Source of the DNA: Oikopleura dioica
Taxonomy: Eukaryota > Animalia > Chordata
Length of the DNA stretch: 64,000 nt
Direction of reading: 5' to 3'
Assembly: GCA_907165135.1 (NCBI GenBank)
Contig: OU015567.1
Span: 2,852,001-2,916,000, forward strand
Shown: one piece after another, positions 48,551 to 60,113 of the stretch
How the letters are laid out: each line of letters opens with the position of its first letter
Position numbering within the stretch: position 1 is the first letter of the stretch
The notes under the pieces: model-generated
Database searches by the model: none
What the model was told of the DNA's origin: nothing
Seen by the model: only the letters and a program-made list of their open reading frames with translations
Program-made: the position numbers and the translations under genes

Positions 48551-48973
48551 CAAAATGATTTTCTTTCATCGGATTGTTAGGATGGCATTTTAATTTTTAT
48601 TTAGAAGAGAAATTATTCAGCAATTTATATTTTTTCGTTCGTAATAATGGGTTTTTAAGCGATCGCGTTGTTTTCGGAGAACTGTTTCAATATCTCTTTG
48701 ACTTTGAGTTCCGTTTCCAAGTCTTCTTTCGCTTTTTGACTGAATTGGACTTGAGGGAAAAATCCTGATGCGGCCGCGTATATAAGTCTGTCATCTTTTC
48801 AATGGTTTTTGATAATGATTTACACGAAAAAAGGCTTGATCAGTCAATCATGACTAGGGTTGGCAAACTATTCGAAGGAAACTCTGGGGGCCGAGACCTC
48901 TAAGCGAATCAGAAGTCAGTATATTTTTGTCGTCCAATAAGAACCCCTTATTTCTCGCCAGCTTTTGTAAACC

Positions 48974-50008
48974 CTAGATAGCGACTCTCAAAACCATTCC
49001 TTGAATGACTGGGCTAGTTCCACTCAATGCATCCTTCGAATTATGATTTGCAAAGAGAAATCTCTTGAAATCTCTTGGAGAAATCTTATCCGAGTCAAAA
49101 ATCACAACTCGCTCTGGAACTTCAACACCCGCCTTTGCACGCAAAATACCAGTGAAATAAATGTCTTCGATTCTGAAGCTGCCCATTTCGGTAACTTTCG
49201 AAACTTGGTGGATTTTTTCAAGAGCTTTTCTGTTTAAAATTGCGCCCTGGCCATTGCAGTACTCAGGAAGACGGATTAAGGGTGGGTATTCTGATTGTGT
49301 GATATTGTACTTTTCTGTATTTTTGGCGTTGTGATTCCATCCTGTTGGTCTTAATTGGAGTATTGAAAAGTTTTCGTGATTCAGAAAATTTACCTTAGGC
49401 AGAAGATTTGGCCTCTTTCATCTCCCAAAGCTTCGTGAACAACTCCATGCCCGTCTTTGTCCGAAAAATTTCTCAGGAAAGGAATTTGGATATCTGTCTT
49501 CACATCTGAATTGTCCTTGAGGAATGGGAAACCTGTTATCGTCCTCTTAGACAATGTATTCAGTCTTTCCCAGCTGACTTTCTTGATAATTTGATGCTCA
49601 AGTTCGCGATTGTTGATGATTGTATCCGAATCATGAAAGACGAAATAGAGAACAGAATCGCTACAGTAAGTCGTAGCGAAATCGTACATGCTCTGAGTTT
49701 TGGTCGGAAGGTTGTTGTAAGTGTCGACGAAATCGGCAATGACAATGTCTTGGTATTTTTCAGCTTCTTCGCGGAGATAACTGTCTTCTCCAAAAGCAGA
49801 TCCATCGGAGTCAGATCCGAGCATGAAAAAATAATTTTTGGCCTTGAACAATTCATCGGATTTGAACATTCGCCGGGTTGCGAATCGCTCCATTACTTCG
49901 TTTCTCGCTTTTTTGGATAATTATCGATGTGGCTTCATTCAGTTTGGCAAAATTTTCACTTTTGCTATTTTCTACTTCGACTTCATATTGCAAGCTTTTA
50001 GAGATCAT
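48974..50008 (-). CDS. GT31 beta-1,3-glycosyltransferase (B3GALT/B3GNT-like); termini uncertain, one homopolymer frameshift at 49909-49914
   Basis: ERFATRRMF, LREEAEKYQDIVIADFVDTYNNLPTK, FHDSD (DxD), YPP...PEYCNGQG and IEDIYFTGILR motifs. Confidence 0.8.
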
Positions 50009-50294
50009 GAAACTTATAGGCTATAAGTTATAGCCTATAAGATCCATATCAACCTACCTATAACTTATAAGTTATCTATAGGTCTATCTATAGGTCTTTT
50101 GAAATAACTGTTGATTTGATTCAAGAATCCGCTCCAGAGTATCGCAATGGTTTAGAAGAGTTCATCAACGATGATTACCGGTAAGCTCACAGGTTATTCA
50201 TAGGTTGTATCAGCTATTAAGCCGCTTCATCGAAGAAATTAATGAAATGAAAAAAAAGTTGGCAGAGCTTTTATCGCTTTCAAATCCCTTACGA

Positions 50295-51308
50295 TCACCA
50301 TTTGAAATAAACAATAAGAAAAAGAAAAGAGTCTTGTTTATCCAATCCTGTTTTGATCAAATAGACGAATTCACTTTCAGCCTCGTTGCATTTTGTCTTC
50401 AAAATATATTCCGGCAAAAAGAGGAACCCAATGTTTTCCTTTTTCGGGACATTCTTCTTGTACTGCGGAGCAAGCTCATCCGAAATCATCCAGTAGGTCA
50501 AATTTGACGCCTGAATATACTCCGGCATCTCGTGCTTGTAATACGAACCAAATTGAGCTCGTTCGTTCGCGATGACTGTTACGGCGGAAGAGAGGGGAAT
50601 GATCTTGTGAGAACGAGTCAAGAACTTTTTCGCAGCGGTCAAGAATTCTTTCAGAAGATAGCGAGTTTCGCTGGGCTGGAATTGTGGCTTGACAACTGGT
50701 AGTTTCGCTCGAAGTTTTTCAAGCGAAAGAGGGTCGAGTCCAAGAGCTTCTGGCCTTCCGCAGTTTCTGACGCAGACAACTCCTGAAGACTTGATCGAAT
50801 CCATCAACAGCTTGATATTTTCTTTCTCCATGGACATCTGGGCGGATTTGAGAAGCAGAATGTTTGAATCGATCCTTTTTTCGGGCAAAAAACGAAGCAA
50901 GTCGAGCGGATCTTCTTGAATTTTCAAGTCTCGATGAAAGTTAAAAATATGATCGGGAGCGTAAGCCATTTCGATTCCAATTGTACTGCTTACTTTGTTG
51001 ATTACATTCCAGTCTTTCCTCGCTGCTTGTTGAGTGATTGTTGTTCCTTCAGTGATAAACAGCGTTTTGATTTCAATGCCGAGGTCGTCGCCGATTCGTC
51101 CGTATTTTTCGCGAAGAAGACCGCAAAATTGCTCGTTGACCATTTCATAGTTTTCAATTGTCGGAATTATTGGAAAGACAAGAAGAAGCTTTTCTTTTGG
51201 ACTTTGGCTTTTTGAAGCTTCTGGAAGAGTTGTTCTCCAGCAGAAACTGGTGATGAAGGCGAGAAACCATCCTATTGGAGTGAGATTGTGGTAGAGTTTT
51301 CTAAGCAT
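50295..51308 (-). CDS. 337-aa protein of unknown function with an N-terminal hydrophobic segment
   Basis: Long uninterrupted ORF in the track; N-terminal TM/signal-like stretch IGWFLAFITSFCW. Confidence 0.6.
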   Translation of the reverse strand: MLRKLYHNLTPIGWFLAFITSFCWRTTLPEASKSQSPKEKLLLVFPIIPTIENYEMVNEQFCGLLREKYGRIGDDLGIEIKTLFITEGTTITQQAARKDWNVINKVSSTIGIEMAYAPDHIFNFHRDLKIQEDPLDLLRFLPEKRIDSNILLLKSAQMSMEKENIKLLMDSIKSSGVVCVRNCGRPEALGLDPLSLEKLRAKLPVVKPQFQPSETRYLLKEFLTAAKKFLTRSHKIIPLSSAVTVIANERAQFGSYYKHEMPEYIQASNLTYWMISDELAPQYKKNVPKKENIGFLFLPEYILKTKCNEAESEFVYLIKTGLDKQDSFLFLIVYFKW

Positions 51309-51501
51309 TTCTCTTTTTACGAAAACCGGTGAAAAGACATGATCAGAAAATAGAAAGAGAAAGGAAATGCAATTCTTAGTACGACTGTGAGAAACTCCCG
51401 CGGGGCACGATATAGAACTTGCGGATGATCTGTGGAGAGATATTCGGATAAAGTTTTTTATAGAAAATACAGATGTTCTCCAATTTTCGGTTTTATAAAA
51501 A

Positions 51502-51963
51502 TTTAAAATTTTTTATTATATAAAATAATTTAGCCTGCCAACGCCAAGCGTGCCAAGCGTGTTTGCAGCGGAAACTGACCTCGATATTTCCACGTAAGGA
51601 GGTTTTTTCATAAAGTGCTCAAGATAGATCCATCTTGGGTTGCATCTGCTCCGCCCTAAACTGAATCCTAACCCAAACTCGAGTCCGGACGCAAATCAAG
51701 AGCCAGAGAAGAGCCCTCTCCCGAACCCTGATTCTAAACCAAGTGCGAATCCGTCGGATTCAATTCGAGCCCAAATGCGACTTTGAACTCAACCCAGAGA
51801 GCATCCCTGACTGAATGATCGGAATGACTTGATAAACTCAAAAATGAAAGAAAAACAAAATAATGAAAACCTGTCTCGAGTGCTTTCAAAACGTTAGGTT
51901 GGGCCTTCTGGCACGCTTGGCGTTGGCAGGTTAAATTATTTTATATAATAAAAAATTCTTAAA
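51502..51963. mobile_element. Foldback/MITE-like element with ~54-bp inverted repeats
   Basis: AATTTTTTATTATATAAAATAATTTA(G/A)CCTGCCAACGCCAAGCGTGCCA at 51502-51555, inverted at 51909-51963. No TSD identified. Confidence 0.7.
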
Positions 51964-52119
51964 ATCGATAAAAATATGCTCAGAGGGGGGCGAGTAAATA
52001 ATTTCAGAAGTCAATAGGCTCATTTTATGTTTTGACTTATTTGACAAATGTCAAATTACATGTCGAAATTTCGATTTTTCCTTCCTGGTAAAAATCCCTT
52101 CCTGGTAAAACTATTTTTC

Positions 52120-52500
52120 TTTACTGAACTGCACAAACGATTTTATAAATATATAAAATACATTCGTTATTTTGGTTTTGTTAGTTTCTTGAAGAAGTTA
52201 TGAACTTCCAGCGCTTTTGCTTCCTACCTTATCTACTTTTCCCTGGAGCTCCCAAACGTTGAAAGTTGATTCTACCAGATTGTAGCCCATCAATGATGGG
52301 CCATCATGTAGTTGCTTTCTTTTCGATCTTGAGCATCTTTGAGCTAGGCTTTCGAAAGTTGGGCTTTGCCGTTGGAGACTCCAACTTGGAGTACTTGTAC
52401 AAAACGGGAAGGAGGTGCTTCCTTTCTTCTTGAAAAAAGTTCAGAATCTGAACTTCAGATACAGCTAGACAAATTGTCCCGGGTTTAGGTGTTTTGGAAG
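52120..52500 (-). pseudogene. Degenerate partial duplicate of a PITP exon plus intron (copy B)
   Basis: Homologous to 56612-56850 including intronic AAAAAGTTCAGAA, with indels and frameshifts. Confidence 0.8.
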
Positions 52501-53869
52501 ATGATACAAACTGTATGTTACATGTACATGTATATACCACTTTTGAGTTTCGGCCAAGATCTAGAGCCCTAGCCTGGTGATTGGACCCTTAACCAGCAAA
52601 GTCTCTACCTTTTCGTTTTAGAAGTAGCAAAAGCTGTTGCTTGATTGCAGCACATTTTAGTTGCTGTCTGGCGAAAACGACTTTCCATTGCGTTATTTTG
52701 TTAGTCTTTTCATCGAATGACACCCAAATCGCTGACTTAACCTTGCTAACCAAGTACTTGTTATGATAACATTCGCGATGTCGCGCTGTTTTGGAGAGTA
52801 CCAAATTGGCTTACTTGCGTTTAGAGCAGCATGACACGAGACAAGAAACAAGCGCGTACTTATTGTGTGGCAGATGAACTTTAGAAAGATATAATCTCCA
52901 GACCTAATAATCTTCCATGAAAGCTTGCAAATTACGACCAGTGAAGAGGTTCTCTGAACGGGAGCAAGACTTGCTTCGCTGGCTGGAGCACGCTCACTTA
53001 GACTTTTTACTCACTTCAAGTTGGACTCTCGCTTATTCTAACCTTCCTCCTTTTTGAACTCGACGGTCTTGTTGCCTACAAGACTTAGTGTCTTTAAGAC
53101 AAGACAAAATTACGGTTTGCCTCTTGTACTCACTCTAGAAAGTGATCTGATGGTTACTTAGGGTTCCCTTCGGAAAATACGGACAATCAAAAAATTATAA
53201 GGTTCATATGTGATTGCGAATTTTAGAGACTGGTTAAGGGGTGCGAGGTGTGCGAGGGCAGGGGCTCCCTATCAATCTACTCTTGAAGGTTGAAACATTG
53301 ACTCACCCACATAAATGATACAAGTGTTTAAAAATTTGGAGGATTCCTTATTCTGAAATGACAGAATAAAATTATTTTATGTTAGCTCAGCTCAAAAATT
53401 TTCAAATAAGCCCCAGTTCAGCCAAGCTCAATTTGTTGTAAAAAAGAAACAGCTCAGCTCATCCATGGATTCTTTAAAATGTGCCGAAGAATGTTTGTCC
53501 ATATATCATCAATCCTTCGGTTCAAGACAATTCTCAACTAGCCGAAGATGACACAAGGGGAGCAAGTTAAAGATTGAAATAATATTCAGATAATTGACGT
53601 TTTTGCAGATCTCGGACGCGAGCACACTTAGCTCGGAAATCTTTCCAATTATTAATTGGCCATTAAAGGATTTCGAATTAAACTTTAGAATGCATCATTT
53701 CGAACCACCTTATCGTGAAGTCGACAAAAACAGCAAAAAGTTTAGTTGGCGCCATCGTGCTCAATAGCGCTGCATCAAAAGTCAAGTGCCATAAAAACGA
53801 GACCGGGAGGGCAAACTAAACACGCTCAGATCGTAATATATTTATTAATATATTTTGAGCCTGAAGAAA

Positions 53870-56082
53870 ATGAAATTATTTGCCTTTTTTACCATCACTG
53901 CTGCCGGACGCACCCGCCGAAATGTATCAACTCGACCGAATAATCCTCTGACAGCGGCTTCTCTCAGCAATAGGTCAGGTAGTTCGTGCAAGGATTTTGC
54001 CGTTCCTGAAGTTTGCTGTACCAATGGGGACGACTCCGCATGCAACCCAGGCTCTTGCTGGTGCGACTCTCTCTGCTGCGGCTACGGCGACTGCTGTGCC
54101 GACTACGACGAGGGGCAATGCGCCGCACAACTTGGCACCTGCTTCTCTCAAAGCGGCACAACCAGTTGCCAGAGCGGCTTTTACTTCGACGGCAGCGGCT
54201 GTTCGGACACCAACGAGTGCGAGGACGGTACTGATAATTGCAACGACGTAACAGAAGTCTGCAATAACACCGCAGGCAGTTACGAATGCGTATGCGCATC
54301 TGGATACGAGGCAAGCTCGGGCGGTTGTACTGACGTCAACGAATGCGTAGCGGGTACTGATACTTGCAACGATGTCACAGAAGTCTGCAATAATAACGCA
54401 GGCAGCTACACTTGCTCTTGCGCAGCCGGATACGAAGCAAGCTCCAACGGTTGTGTTGACGTCAACGAGTGCGTAGCCGGTACTGATACTTGTGACGATG
54501 CATCAGAAGTCTGCTATAATACCGACGGCGGCTTCACGTGCTCATGTGCATCTGGATACGAAGCAAGCTCCAGCGGTTGTGTTGACGTAAACGAGTGCGT
54601 AGCGGGTACTGATAGATGCAACGATGTCACAGAAGTCTGCAATAATGTCGCAGGCAGCTACACTTGCTCGTGCGCAGCTGGATACGTTGCCAACCGTGGT
54701 GCCTGCGTCAAGTCCACAACATGTCTTGAAGACACGAACTTCGGTGATGTCCTTGTGTGGGACATTCAAAGTGGAGTGGACAAGCCCGCCCCCACATCAT
54801 ATTTTGAGTTTGAACTCGCGGATTTTGCTGGCAACACAGAAGATTGTCAACGAGAATGCGCTAATCACGCTGGCTGCTACAAGGAACGGGCTTTCAAAAT
54901 AGAGTGTTTGATTGAGATATAAACAGACGATCGAGGTACCCGCTGAAAATTTACGAAGGCGATATCGTACACATTGTTAACCAAAAATGAGTCCAAATAA
55001 AGCTACACCACGATGTCAACAATAACGTTTGCGAGCTTCGCGGAAACGAAGTTGACTTCTCAGGAGCTGGAAACTACTTTGCGCTTTCTGGAGAATCTTG
55101 CGACACCGGCTATGTATGGACAGAAAACGTTGCTGATGCCGTTTTTTACTGTCTTTTCTGGGTAGATCCGGACCAGACTCCAGAGGAATTTCTCGAGTAC
55201 CTCAACACCTACAATCCTACAGAGTGGTATACCTATACGACTGAATCGTACGCCTATTCCGAAACATGGAAATACAGTGTACCAGCAGACACAAGTCATC
55301 TTGATGACTACTACTCCAGCTACTACTACTCCAGTTACTCTTCAGAGAATACAGTTTGGGTCCAATTTCATATGGTTTACCACGACCGATATCAAGAGTC
55401 TTCTTCTTCGCGAAATCGCCGTTCTACTCAAGAAACGCTCGATGCCGTTCAAGACAGCATTGCCAATTTCCAATCCTCCCTCGACGCCGGAAACGCGACT
55501 GTTGCTCAAACAACAGATGCCACCGTTAATGTCGAAGAAGTCGCTCCAGTTGCCGATCCAATGGACCCGAACAATCAGGCTTGGGAGAAGATCGCTTCAA
55601 AGGCCGCAGAAATTTCCAGCCGTGTTGAAGATTTCTACGCTGCTCTTCCTGGTCTCGGCAACAACTCGGTTCTTGGTTCCAAGAAGGCTTACCAGTTCAA
55701 CCTCTTCTTCGATCAGATGAGCCTTTTGAAGGAAAGGGTCATGTATTTTTATTCATATTATCGTAACAAAGAAATATTTTTCTTACAATAATTCATTTAT
55801 GCAAAAGCTTATTACCCTTTTTCAAAGAAAAAATCTTCCGCCACCGGATGCACCTTTCCTGCCGGCTCCAATGACTTCTCACAATTCGTCGCACCAGTCG
55901 ATTCCAGCGACGTCTGCGAGGAAATGCAAGGGCTTTTTACTTCCCTTTCTACTTTCGTCGACTCATTCGTCTGTTTGAATGACGAGAAGGCGAAAGCTTC
56001 GAAGTTTTTCCACATCCTCCATCGCAATCGAAAGAAGATTTTCGAGAAAAAACTCCGTCAGATGAATTGTGGTAACCAATAA
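53870..56082 (+). CDS. Secreted modular protein: somatomedin-B, 4x calcium-binding EGF, PAN/apple-like, Tyr/Ser-rich region, helical C-terminal domain
   Basis: Signal peptide MKLFAFFTITAAG; CWCDSLCCGYGDCCADY (SMB); DVNEC...CxNxxGSYxC repeats; DCQRECANHAGCYK|LHHDVNNNVCEL (PAN); furin-like RTRR and RNRR sites; ends ...QMNCGNQ*. Confidence 0.85.
54205..54710 (+). repeat. Four tandem 126-bp repeats encoding cbEGF domains
   Basis: GACGT(C/A)AACGA(A/G)TGCGTAGC...ACTGAT recurs every 126 bp. Confidence 0.9.
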
Positions 56083-56329
56083 CTTATTGAAGAAAACTCT
56101 CTCGCCGACAGACTATCAAGTATCATCACTTGACTTACCCCATCTTCGACAAACTATTTTCCCCCGAAAAATCATCCTTTTCTTGTTTCTCAAATCCTTC
56201 TTTTCTGAAACATATAATGTGCTGCATACATGTATTACATGTACTTCATCCGACATAATAAACGACATAATAATCATCATATCCAACCATACTCAATCAA
56301 CTTTTCTTGTATAAAAATAGTTATTGCAT

Positions 56330-57668
56330 TCGAGTAGATTTTATCCAGAAGCCTTCTTAGATGCAAAATTCTTGGCACATGCTAGATTTTTAAGATACTT
56401 CTTTTTATCGAGTCACAGAAAATTGCAGAATTTATGGAGCTTTCAGCGCTTTTATTTCCTCCATCGATTTCCCATACCATCCAGGCATCTTGTCGTGCTC
56501 TCCCATGTAACAGAACATCTCTCGATGCAGCGCTAGAATCAATTTTAAAACCAACATTATGAACAAACTAGAAACTTACAGTGGAAGATTTTTTCTTGAC
56601 TGCCGCAAATGGACTTTTCGACTTTTCCCTGGAGTCCCCAAACGTTGAAGGTTGAGTCTACCAGATTGTAGCTCGTCATGTAGTTGCTTTCTTTTCGATC
56701 TTGAGCATCTTTGAGCCAGGTCTTAGAAAGTGGGGCTTTGCCGTTGGAGTGCTTGTATTCAGCGGGAAGGAGGTGCTTCTTTTCCTCTAGAAAAAAAGTT
56801 CAGAAACAATTTGACAAATGGTGTCGGGTTTTGGAAAATGGTGTTTTTACTCGATCATTTGTGAATTGGATGGTAAAAATGATAAATGACGGCAAAAATC
56901 AGTAAACTTACGTGTTGAATCTTAAATCAGGTTCCAATCAGGGCATTTCTTCCAATCAAATAATCATTTTTTTTATTTCAGCAAATCATTTCTTCTGTTT
57001 ATTTTACCTGGTTTGGTAGTGATGTCAATGAACGAGCTCTTGATAGCCTTTTGATCCTCCGCGCTGAGCTCAAAAACGTTTTCCGACTCGCCAAGATCCG
57101 CTTTTTGGACACTTTTGATTTCGATCTTGAACTTTTCCTTCATGTACGGAACTTTCACCAACGACTTGCTAAATAAATAAAATATTGACTTTTCTATTCC
57201 GAATTTCAAAATTCAACGAATCGAGCTTACCTCATCGGAAACGCCACCCAGGAGTAAATGTCTGTCTCCATCGATCCTTTTGGCGCCATCATCGTGATAA
57301 CGCCCGGCATCTTCTTTTCCATGTGAAATCGACGATGAACGTAAAGGCCGGCTTTTCCGTCGGTTTCTTTCGCGTGTTCTGAGTTTTCGTCATATTCTTC
57401 CATGGTGATAAGCTCGGAGTCTGAAAATTATATCGAAATCATATTGAAAATAAAATCGAATTAAATTTTTATGGCCTCATAAATCTAATCTTTTGACAAC
57501 GCCCAATTTTCAAGTTCATCAAAAAAATTTTTTTTACTGAAACAAAAAAAAAACATAATTACCTGGGTCACTTGGTGCAATTTTCTCCACCATGGTTACA
57601 TAATGCTGGGCGAGATTGTACTCTTCCATCGAAAAAGGCATCGGGATTTTGTAAATTTGTTTCACCAT
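56330..57668 (-). CDS. Divergent phosphatidylinositol transfer protein (class I PITP-like); 3' end uncertain
   Basis: MVKQIYKIPMPFSMEEYNLAQHY, GLYVHRRFHMEKKMP...MAPKGSM...WVAFP, PYMKEKFKIEI...DLGESENVF and YMTSYNLV..F.VWGLQGKVEK align to PITP-alpha/beta. Confidence 0.85.
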
Positions 57669-58428
57669 TTTTTCTCAATTAATTTCACGACTTTCTCGTT
57701 TTCTAAAAAAAGAAACTCAAGTTGAGCGAATTTATTTGCGGATTGGTCTGGGAGCATTTGCTCGGCAAACGAAATTGAAATGACAAGACAGGGTTACGCG
57801 AGTCCAAAACGAGTTCACTTTTTTCGACTTCTCACATCTTCTCTGTCGATTTCACAATAACAATTTTTGTTCTCGGGATTTTTATGATTTTTTGACCTTT
57901 CTTACTCTCAATTTTTCCTGATTTTTGTGTTTGATAATTTTTTTTAAATCTGATTCCGCTGCCATAAACAACGATTCGTACCACGCCTGAGGTGAAAGGA
58001 TCGAAATGACCCCCTCGCTGGGTTTATTGCGAATTAGGTTTAATAAATTAGGCGAGAAAAAGTCTGAAAATGTGTGAAGGTGTATTTGGAGTTTGAAATG
58101 GGTCTTTGACATCTAATTTGATTTTTACTATTATTGATGATATTTTGAGAGTCGAATATGCACTGTGGATATTTGCCGGTCAAAAAAGCATGAGATAATT
58201 CCAGATGCTTTCTATCAAATTGCCAAGAAAAATATCTGCAAATAGAAATGAAATATTTTCTTATTTTGAGTCTCGTTTTTGCATCTCCAACAATCGATGA
58301 AAAAACAACCATAGTAAGGACTTCTTAATTTCGACAAGATCAAACTACAACTTTAAGCTAACACCGATGCAGATCATATTCTGATTCTCAATGCCTATTC
58401 AACAATAACTTACGGCCCCCAAGCCTTT

Positions 58429-59408
58429 TTGATCAATCTCGAAAACGACAAAATAAGAGAAACAAATGTCAATTTCAACATTATACTCTACGAAATCGAC
58501 TACGCATGCTATGCATTCATGGGCGGCGAGCATTGGTTCCTCGGCGGCTATTACAACAATCAACTCATCGCGAAACTCGACCTTGACGAGTGCAGCATAT
58601 ACCGTCAGCAACAGCAACTGTCGATCCCCCATACTGATGGATTTTCCGGATCCTGCGCTGTCTACAACGATGCCGCTCATTTGTGCTTCGATGATCGGTA
58701 CAAAGCAGTTGGCCCGAAGAAATGTCAAACTTTCGATGGAGAGAATGAATCTGTTCTTCCAGTCGAGTCGAATGCCGGACATGTTTCTGCCGCGATGGCG
58801 ATTTATCAGGAGAAAATGTGGGTTGTTGGAGGATGCGAAAGCGAGGACCTCTCGACTTGTCACAATTCAGTGGAGTTTTTCGATGGAAATGCTTGGACTC
58901 AAAGGCAATTTACAAAATATTCGTCATTTTTCTCTCATATTATTAGCTCTGCGCGACTTTTTATAAATTCTCTGAAAGTGCTCGGTTTCCAGAAGCTATG
59001 ATTCTTGCACACATTGTTTTGGCAGATGAAAACGGTTTGTATACAATTGCTGGTTGGCATGTTTCTCAGCGAGATGTAAGTTTTATATCCTTGATCAATT
59101 AAAAAAAATTGAAGGTTTATATGTTCAAAAATACGGAGTGGAAATTTCTCGGAAAGATGTCAGAGTCAACTGCAAATTCGAAATACTTTACTTCTGGTAT
59201 CATCGCACCGGGGAGCTTCGCATATGCAGGAGAAAAGTGAGCGTTCTTTCCCCTTTTTTTAACTCAAAACTTTAGCTCGATCGAGAAAATTTATTTGAAT
59301 GAAGAAAATTTTTCATCAACTGACATTGGAAAACCAGAGGATGGAAACGACATGCAGCTGGAATATGCAACGATGATTCTTGTGCATGGCCCTGTTTGTT
59401 CATCTTAA
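58429..59408 (+). CDS. Kelch-like beta-propeller protein (same general family as 26062-28013); 5' exons unresolved
   Basis: HWFLGGYYNNQLIAKL and GHVSAAMAIYQEKMWVVGGC...HNSVEFFDGNAW kelch blades; ends ...ILVHGPVCSS*. Confidence 0.7.
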
Positions 59409-60113
59409 TTTATGATGAAATAAACCAACTACTTGTTGAATAGCAGATCATCTTTTATTTCTTTCAAAAGTATTTTTGCTGAAATTTTTTTTGTCAATTT
59501 TGAGTTTTACATTCGCATTCGTGAAGAAGAACTGTTTCCATTGTGCGAGACGACTGACATCTGTCCATTAGGAGTTTGATGCTTTCTGGCTTGTTTTTCT
59601 GCTTTCGTCGCATTTTTCGATACCTGTGGCTAAGTTCGGCCGTGACCCAGGAGATCAGGATTATCATAAAAACCTTGAATAAATCATTATTACGTTTATA
59701 AGCAATAAATTTAGGAAACTTTCTTGAGAGTGAAACTCAAGTCGAAAAATCTGGCCTCTTATTGGCTGCGAGGCCGAATGCAGGCATTTTATTGGCTAAA
59801 AATTTTCATACCAAACCAAGTCCATAGACAATTTCTTCCCAAACATGCAGAACCACTGCCATTTGATTTCTCTTTCTCTGCTTCTTTTCAAAAGAAGCAA
59901 ACGTCAAACAAAGTCGCTTCTTTTGTCTTTCCTACAAATCCAATATTGAATACAAAGTACTCTTTTTACGCGTCTTGTCACGCGCGAGCAATTATCAATC
60001 AAATCGCCATTTTTACGGTTCTGAAGAAATCGCAATTTCTCGTTCTTTCGATTTGTTACATTACTTTTTATTTCAATCCTTTTTTCAGATTTCGTCAGTT
60101 TTTCAAATAACAG

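Noticed and set aside
48856-48977. TAGGGTT...AACCCTA short inverted termini suggesting a hAT MITE
   Set aside because: TIRs are short and imperfect, and the 8-bp flanks do not match.
50013-50041. Perfect 14-bp hairpin CTTATAGGCTATAA-G-TTATAGCCTATAAG
   Set aside because: Embedded in low-complexity CTATA-rich sequence; no evidence of function.
52550-53200. Compositionally distinct segment possibly derived from a retroelement
   Set aside because: No RT, endonuclease or LTR features recognised in any frame.
59440-60000. Minus-strand TM-plus-basic segment (FMIILISWVTAELSHRYRKMRRK) and a second small minus ORF set at 61357-61738
   Set aside because: No complete gene model; the latter overlaps TAX1BP3 exon 1 and may be spurious.
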